From an uncultured Dehalococcoidia bacterium (GTDB lineage: Bacteria > Chloroflexota > Dehalococcoidia > DSTF01 > JALHUB01): 48,827 nt of DNA. The notes under the pieces were generated by a model that was not told where the DNA came from, made no database searches, and saw nothing but the letters and a program-made list of their open reading frames with translations. The DNA is taken from NCBI GenBank assembly GCA_964609465.1, contig CAZSSQ010000003.1, positions 1 through 48,827 on the forward strand, written 5' to 3'. Made by a program: the position numbers and the translations under genes. Below are positions 43,222 through 48,827 of this stretch, piece by piece; the first letter of the stretch is position 1, and each line of letters starts with the position of its first letter.

Positions 43222-43899
43222 CTACTGTTCCTCCCGGCCGGCGCGACGGAGGGCGCGCTGGGCCAGCTTGCCGGAGTAGGACCGCCAGGCGTCCCCGGCT
43301 TCTCCCGACTGGCGCCGCCAGATGCGGAAGCGGCAGATAGGGGCGCCGGCAGGGATGGTCATCTCGAAGGCGGCGTTGAAGCCCTGCAGGCCGGCAGCGC
43401 TGCCCTGCGCCTGGGGAAACGCCTCAGCGAAACCGCGGGTCAGGCCCTGCACCACGTATCGCTGTACGCGGCAGTCGTCGGCGCTGTAGATGTCCTGGTG
43501 CGGGCAATAGAGGATGTCGAAGGAGAAAGCGTCGGGCCCTTCTACGTGAGGCTCCTCGATGGAGGCGTAGCAGATCTCGTTGATCCAGGAGCACCAGAGT
43601 GAGCCCACCTCCACGGCGCTCAGGTTGGGCGGGACCTCCACCCCTTCAACGCTCTCCCTGGCCATGCGCTGCCCGACCCGCTGCAGGGCGTCGATGCAGG
43701 CGCGCTGCCCCTCTTTCCCGCAGCGGGTCTCCACCTCCTTCAACATCTCGATGACGGCGACGGCGTTCATCTGGCCCCAGACGAAAAGGGTGGCCGGGTC
43801 GTAGTCGTCACGGCTCAGGGCGTGCTTACGCAGGTTTTCCACCGCCTTCGCGAAGGGCATCTTGAAGGGCAACTGCCCCGGCCGGCGAAAAGGCTTCAC
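43222..43899 (-). CDS. Uncharacterised 225-aa cytoplasmic protein (possibly L-2-amino-thiazoline-4-carboxylate-hydrolase-like fold)
   Basis: GTG start behind AAGGAGG. No TM segment or signal peptide. Cys-containing segments (CIDALQRVG, WCSWINEICY, YCPHQD, GAPICRFRIW). The terminal G..C.FR motif reminded me of PF14196, but this is unverified. Confidence 0.45.
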   Translation of the reverse strand: MKPFRRPGQLPFKMPFAKAVENLRKHALSRDDYDPATLFVWGQMNAVAVIEMLKEVETRCGKEGQRACIDALQRVGQRMARESVEGVEVPPNLSAVEVGSLWCSWINEICYASIEEPHVEGPDAFSFDILYCPHQDIYSADDCRVQRYVVQGLTRGFAEAFPQAQGSAAGLQGFNAAFEMTIPAGAPICRFRIWRRQSGEAGDAWRSYSGKLAQRALRRAGREEQ

Positions 43900-43957
43900 G
43901 GCTGCCTCCTTGGCTATTATGCCGAGGGGGCCCGCCGGTGGCAGGCCCCCTCGAACC

Positions 43958-44428
43958 CTAGACCGGCTTGAAGTAGAGAATGTCGCTGATGCGTCCCTCC
44001 CGCTCGTCCTTCCACACGGCCTGAAGCTTCATGCCGACGCGTATGTTCTGCTTCGCCTTCTCCAGGTCAGCCATGTCCACCCCGGAGATGTAGTGCATCA
44101 GGGAGGTGTCGGCGCCTTCCAGCTTGATCATGCCCACGCAGTAAGGAGGCGGCGGCATGCCCAGGAACTGCTCATAGATGATGGTGAAGGTATCCAGAGT
44201 GCCGCGGTCCTGCAGCGGCACCCACTCGTCGATGGCGACGAAGCAGCGTTCGCAGAAGGAGCGGGGCGGCACCAGCACCCGCTGGCACTTGGGGCAGCGC
44301 ACCCCCACGATGCGCTTGTTCTCCTTTAGCTCCCGCAGAAAGCGGCTGGCGGCCTTACCCGCCGTGTGCCGGTAGGGGATGTCCCACCTGCCCTCCACAA
44401 TAAGGGGCTCTTCCTGTTCAGTAGTCAT
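43958..44428 (-). CDS. DUF35 protein (Zn-ribbon + OB-fold; thiolase-partner/scaffold family)
   Basis: 156 aa. The C4 ribbon RCPKCQRVLVPPRSFCERC is followed by an OB segment (GTLDTFTIIYE...IKLEG...GMKLQAVW). AAGGGAG RBS. Confidence 0.8.
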   Translation of the reverse strand: MTTEQEEPLIVEGRWDIPYRHTAGKAASRFLRELKENKRIVGVRCPKCQRVLVPPRSFCERCFVAIDEWVPLQDRGTLDTFTIIYEQFLGMPPPPYCVGMIKLEGADTSLMHYISGVDMADLEKAKQNIRVGMKLQAVWKDEREGRISDILYFKPV

Positions 44429-44497
44429 CTTTCACTCCCTTCCGCCAGAGGCGGCCAGACGGCCGCTCATCTGGGCGGGTGCGCGCTGGGCGAGGCG

Positions 44498-45670
44498 CTA
44501 GGGCGCCTCCTTATCGAGAATCATCATTGTGTGGAAGCCGATGGTGGCTCCCCAGGCATGGGCCAGGGCCGTCTTGACGTTGGGCACCTGGCGACGGTCG
44601 GCCTTGCCCATCACCTGGAGGGCCGCCTCGGCCACCCGGATGAGGCCAGAGGCGCCGATGGGGTTGGTGCAGAGAACACCCCCGGAGGGGCAAACCGGCA
44701 GCTCGCCCCCCATGGCGGTGGTCCCATCCCGCATGAGCTTGGCTCCTTCCCCCTTCTCGCAGAAGCCCAGGGCCTCGTACTCCAGGATCTGCTGGATGGT
44801 GAAGGCCTGGTAGAGCTCAGCAACGTCGATCTCGCGGCGGGGGTTGTCGATCTTGGCCAGCCGGTAGATACGGCGGGCCAGGATCGCCAAGCTATCCCAG
44901 TCCTCAGCCCAGGAACGGTCACCCATGAAGTAGTTGTCCGTGATCTGGCCGGCGGCGCGGACCCAGGCCGGCTGCCTGGCCAGCTTCGGCGCCTTCTCCT
45001 CCGAGGCAAAGATTACGGCGCAGGCGCCGTCGGACGATGGGCAGCAGTCGGACAGATGCAGGGGCCAGGAGAGCACCCGCGAGGCCAGCGCGTCCTCCAC
45101 CGTGAACTTGAAGCGAAGGTGAGCGTAGGGGTTATTGGCAGAGTTGTCGTGGTTCTGCACCGCCACCATGGCCAGGTCTTCTTCCGTCGTGCCGTAGCGG
45201 TGCATGTGGCTGGCAGCCTGGATGGCGCCGACGGTGATGGCCCCCACGCCAAAGCCCCGCTCATAGACGGGGTCCACGACGGTGTTCAGCACCTTCTGGG
45301 CATCCAGCGTCTCCCCCACACGCTGTGAGCACACCACCAGCGCCACGTCGAACATGCCCGAGGCGACGTGATAGTAGCCGCCCAGGGCCGCGGAGCCGCC
45401 GGTGGTGCCGCCGGTGCTGATCTTGAGCAGGGGCTTGTTGAGGGCACCGGCGCCAGCGCAGGCGTCGACGCACCAGCGTTCGGGGGCATTGACGCCGTCA
45501 AAGGGGTCCATGGAGCCATAGACGACGGCGTCAATGGCCTCCGGGCCGATGTCGGCGTCCTGAAGGGCGGCGCTTACCGCCTCGTAGACAAGCTCAGGGT
45601 AGGCGACATCGCGCCGCCAGCTAGAGCAGCGGGTGAGACCCACCCCGACGATAGCTACTCTTCTCGGCAT
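44498..45670 (-). CDS. SCP-x-type thiolase-like protein B, lacking canonical catalytic residues
   Basis: 391 aa from ATG 45670: MPRRVAIVGVGLTR.... Thiolase-fold landmarks are present (PSGGVL, GASGL, YEALG). The nucleophile position reads G (ISTGGTTGGSAAL), the HDCF position reads YQAF, and the GHP position reads TNP. Confidence 0.75.
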   Translation of the reverse strand: MPRRVAIVGVGLTRCSSWRRDVAYPELVYEAVSAALQDADIGPEAIDAVVYGSMDPFDGVNAPERWCVDACAGAGALNKPLLKISTGGTTGGSAALGGYYHVASGMFDVALVVCSQRVGETLDAQKVLNTVVDPVYERGFGVGAITVGAIQAASHMHRYGTTEEDLAMVAVQNHDNSANNPYAHLRFKFTVEDALASRVLSWPLHLSDCCPSSDGACAVIFASEEKAPKLARQPAWVRAAGQITDNYFMGDRSWAEDWDSLAILARRIYRLAKIDNPRREIDVAELYQAFTIQQILEYEALGFCEKGEGAKLMRDGTTAMGGELPVCPSGGVLCTNPIGASGLIRVAEAALQVMGKADRRQVPNVKTALAHAWGATIGFHTMMILDKEAP

Positions 45671-45672
45671 GG

Positions 45673-46827
45673 CTAGTCCCTCCCCAGAACAACGACGCAA
45701 TTGCCAGCGGCGGCGGGCCCGGCGGCCACACTCGCGCCGTGCGCGAGGGCCGTGCGGGCCCCGTCGACCTGGTGGTCGCCGGCCCGGCCCGTCACCTGGA
45801 GGGCGGCCTCCGCCACGCGCAACAGGCCTGAGCCAGCGTGCAGATTGGTGCTGAGCACGCCCCCCGACGGGTTCACGGAAAGCTTGCCGCCCCGGCCGGT
45901 GAGTCCTTCCTCTAAGAGGCGGGCGCCCCCGCCGGGCTTGGCCCAGCCGAGGGCCTCATAGGCCATGAGCTCGTGGTAGGAGGTGATGTCGTGCACCTCC
46001 GCCACGTCCAGCTCTTCAAGGGGCTTCTTGAGGCCGGCCATGCCGTAGGCCCGTTCAGCAGCGGCGGCCAGGGAGGACAGGCGCGAAAGGTCGGCCGCGC
46101 CCATCTCGTAGCCGTCCACAGCCCAGCCGATGCCGCGCACCCAGGCCACACCTTCGGGGCGGATGCGCTTCACCCTCTCCTCCGTAGTGACGATTACGGC
46201 CACAGCCCCCACCGACCGGGGCGGGCAGTCCAGAGCCCGCAGCGGCCACGCCACCGGCGGCGAGCGCACCACGTCCTGGACCGACACGGCGCTCCGGAGG
46301 TGAGCGTAGGGGTTATCGAGGGCATTGCGGCGGTTCTTCACCACCACGCCCGCCGCCTGCTCAGAGGTGACGCCGTGCTTATGGGCGTAGGCACAGGCCT
46401 GGAGGGCCAGGGTGGTGACGGTGGAAGCACCCATGGGACGGAAGAAGAAGGGATCGAAGACGAGATTGCTTACCAGCTCCGGCGGGTACTCTGTGTGCCC
46501 ATGAGCGACCACCATGGCCGTGTCGAAGGCCCCGGAGACTACGCGCATGCAGGCGTAGGCGAAGGCGAGGACGCCGTCCTCGGCCGTCTTGGACGAGTCC
46601 TTCAGGTAGCCTGCGCCCGCCGGCACGAGGTACATGTCGGAGAGCGTACGGCCGTCGGCCACATCCCAGCCGGAGGCGATGACAGTATCGATGTCGCCCT
46701 TCTCCAGGGCGGCATCCTCCAGGGCCCTGCTGGCCGCTTCGAAGACCACGTCATAAAAGGCCTGAGTGCTCTTGGCTGCTTCGTGGTAGGTCTGGCCCGC
46801 GCCCACCACGGCCACTCTCCTGATCAT
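45673..46827 (-). CDS. SCP-x-type thiolase-like protein A, lacking the nucleophilic Cys
   Basis: 384 aa from ATG 46827 (GGAGGTG RBS): MIRRVAVVGAGQT.... The nucleophile position reads A (SSKTAEDGVLAF), HDCF reads HDIT, and NPSGGVLSTNLHAGSGL replaces the GHP.GATG context. Confidence 0.75.
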   Translation of the reverse strand: MIRRVAVVGAGQTYHEAAKSTQAFYDVVFEAASRALEDAALEKGDIDTVIASGWDVADGRTLSDMYLVPAGAGYLKDSSKTAEDGVLAFAYACMRVVSGAFDTAMVVAHGHTEYPPELVSNLVFDPFFFRPMGASTVTTLALQACAYAHKHGVTSEQAAGVVVKNRRNALDNPYAHLRSAVSVQDVVRSPPVAWPLRALDCPPRSVGAVAVIVTTEERVKRIRPEGVAWVRGIGWAVDGYEMGAADLSRLSSLAAAAERAYGMAGLKKPLEELDVAEVHDITSYHELMAYEALGWAKPGGGARLLEEGLTGRGGKLSVNPSGGVLSTNLHAGSGLLRVAEAALQVTGRAGDHQVDGARTALAHGASVAAGPAAAGNCVVVLGRD

Positions 46828-46950
46828 GAACACCTCCCCTCTGGAACGTGACCCCTCACGGGGCATGGAAAACCGGCGATGTTGTCGAGACAGGCCCAGA
46901 AGCGAAGATACGCTGCACGCCCGCCTGGCGCAACAGGCAGGTAGGCCGCG

Positions 46951-47595
46951 CTACGACGGTGTGGTACCGGTCTCGGGTTCCCCCGCGCTCGGCGGCGCGG
47001 GCACCGCTCCTTCCGACCCGGTGTCGAGTGCGAAGGGCGGGTACTCGTCGACCAACGAAGCCACGTAAGCCAGCAATCGAGCCTCCCAGCGCAGGACGCC
47101 GCGTAGGAAGTTGTACACTCCTTCCGGATAGGTCTCCTGAATCAGGATCATGATCGCCGCGTACAGCATAAGGATACCCGCCACGATCCCCAGCAGTCCG
47201 AGGACGATGGCGGACGGGATAGCGAGGATTATCCGCAGAAGGGTCGAGCCGGCTGTGGGGGAGCCGCCGGTCGCGACCTCGAAGTGCAGCGTCTCCTTCG
47301 GCTCCACATTCGGCAGCCGGTCGGTCAGCAGGCCCATGTAGGCATAGAACGCCAGGAGGTACCGGAGCCATTTCGTCATGTTCTCGTCGGCCTCGGCAAG
47401 ATACCGTTCGGCGCCTCTTTGAGAGATCAGGATCGCCGCCGCGACGGGAACCGCCAGGTAGACGGCACCATAGAGCCAGCCGATGACGCCGCCCAGTATC
47501 CCAAGGACGATTACGATCAACACCCGGATCGCAATGTGGATACGGTCGAACTTCTGGGGTGGGGCAATGTCGAAGGTGGCTGCATACGAGGCCAT
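46951..47595 (-). CDS. DUF4389-like integral membrane protein
   Basis: 214 aa from ATG 47595 (AAGGAGG RBS). Contains IHIAIRVLIVIVLGILGGVIGWLYG, LLRIILAIPSAIVLGLLG and EYPPFALD. The longer 355-aa ORF extension overlaps the mutase gene and was discarded. Confidence 0.55.
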   Translation of the reverse strand: MASYAATFDIAPPQKFDRIHIAIRVLIVIVLGILGGVIGWLYGAVYLAVPVAAAILISQRGAERYLAEADENMTKWLRYLLAFYAYMGLLTDRLPNVEPKETLHFEVATGGSPTAGSTLLRIILAIPSAIVLGLLGIVAGILMLYAAIMILIQETYPEGVYNFLRGVLRWEARLLAYVASLVDEYPPFALDTGSEGAVPAPPSAGEPETGTTPS

Positions 47596-47632
47596 GTCCC
47601 CCTCCTTTCGGGAGTCGTCGGTTGACGCGACT

Positions 47633-48827
<1,195 letters not shown>

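Overview
This is a high-GC (about two-thirds G+C by eye), densely coding bacterial chromosomal window with about 40 CDS. GTG and TTG starts behind GGAGG-type RBS are frequent, and many neighbouring genes overlap by 1-4 nt at start/stop. I found no rRNA, tRNA, CRISPR array, transposase/integrase or transcription-factor gene. Content from left to right:
(1) 1-1009: a LolD/MacB-type ABC ATPase plus an FtsX-type permease fragment (minus strand).
(2) 1202-12280 (minus strand): a Tat-lipoprotein family-5 solute-binding protein, an NCS1 permease, and a type II DMSO-reductase-family molybdoenzyme locus. Its gene order is unusual: alpha2 (no Tat signal), gamma (EB_dh, no signal), beta, alpha1 (Tat signal).
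(3) 12708-34053: a ~21 kb envelope-glycan cluster.
- It encodes all four activities of the GDP-D-glycero-alpha-D-manno-heptose pathway (GHMP kinase, a nucleotidyltransferase-SIS fusion, GmhB).
- It has three glycosyltransferases, several methyltransferases, an APH-like kinase, an epimerase, a MurJ-like flippase and a Wzy_C membrane protein.
- It has two phosphoglycosyl transferases: one fused to a methyltransferase domain, and one with the catalytic Asp-Glu replaced.
- It also holds a DUF4012 protein, a sortase with an LPATG substrate, and a Wzz/BY-kinase.
(4) 34534-43210: a CUT1-type ABC importer (ATPase and two permeases) followed by four tandem paralogous lipoprotein binding proteins. These carry exact nucleotide-identical blocks, which indicates gene conversion.
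(5) 43222-48827 (minus strand): an acyl-CoA block.
- A B12-dependent acyl-CoA mutase large subunit (ICM-like signature, truncated by the window edge) and a DUF4389 membrane protein.
- Two SCP-x-type thiolase-like proteins that both lack the nucleophilic Cys.
- A DUF35 Zn-ribbon/OB protein and an uncharacterised 225-aa protein.
The lineage may be Chloroflexota/Thermomicrobia-like or Actinomycetota, based only on composition and gene content; this is a low-confidence guess. Long ORFs antisense to these genes are treated as GC-driven shadow ORFs. All family assignments come from motif recognition by eye, with no database search.
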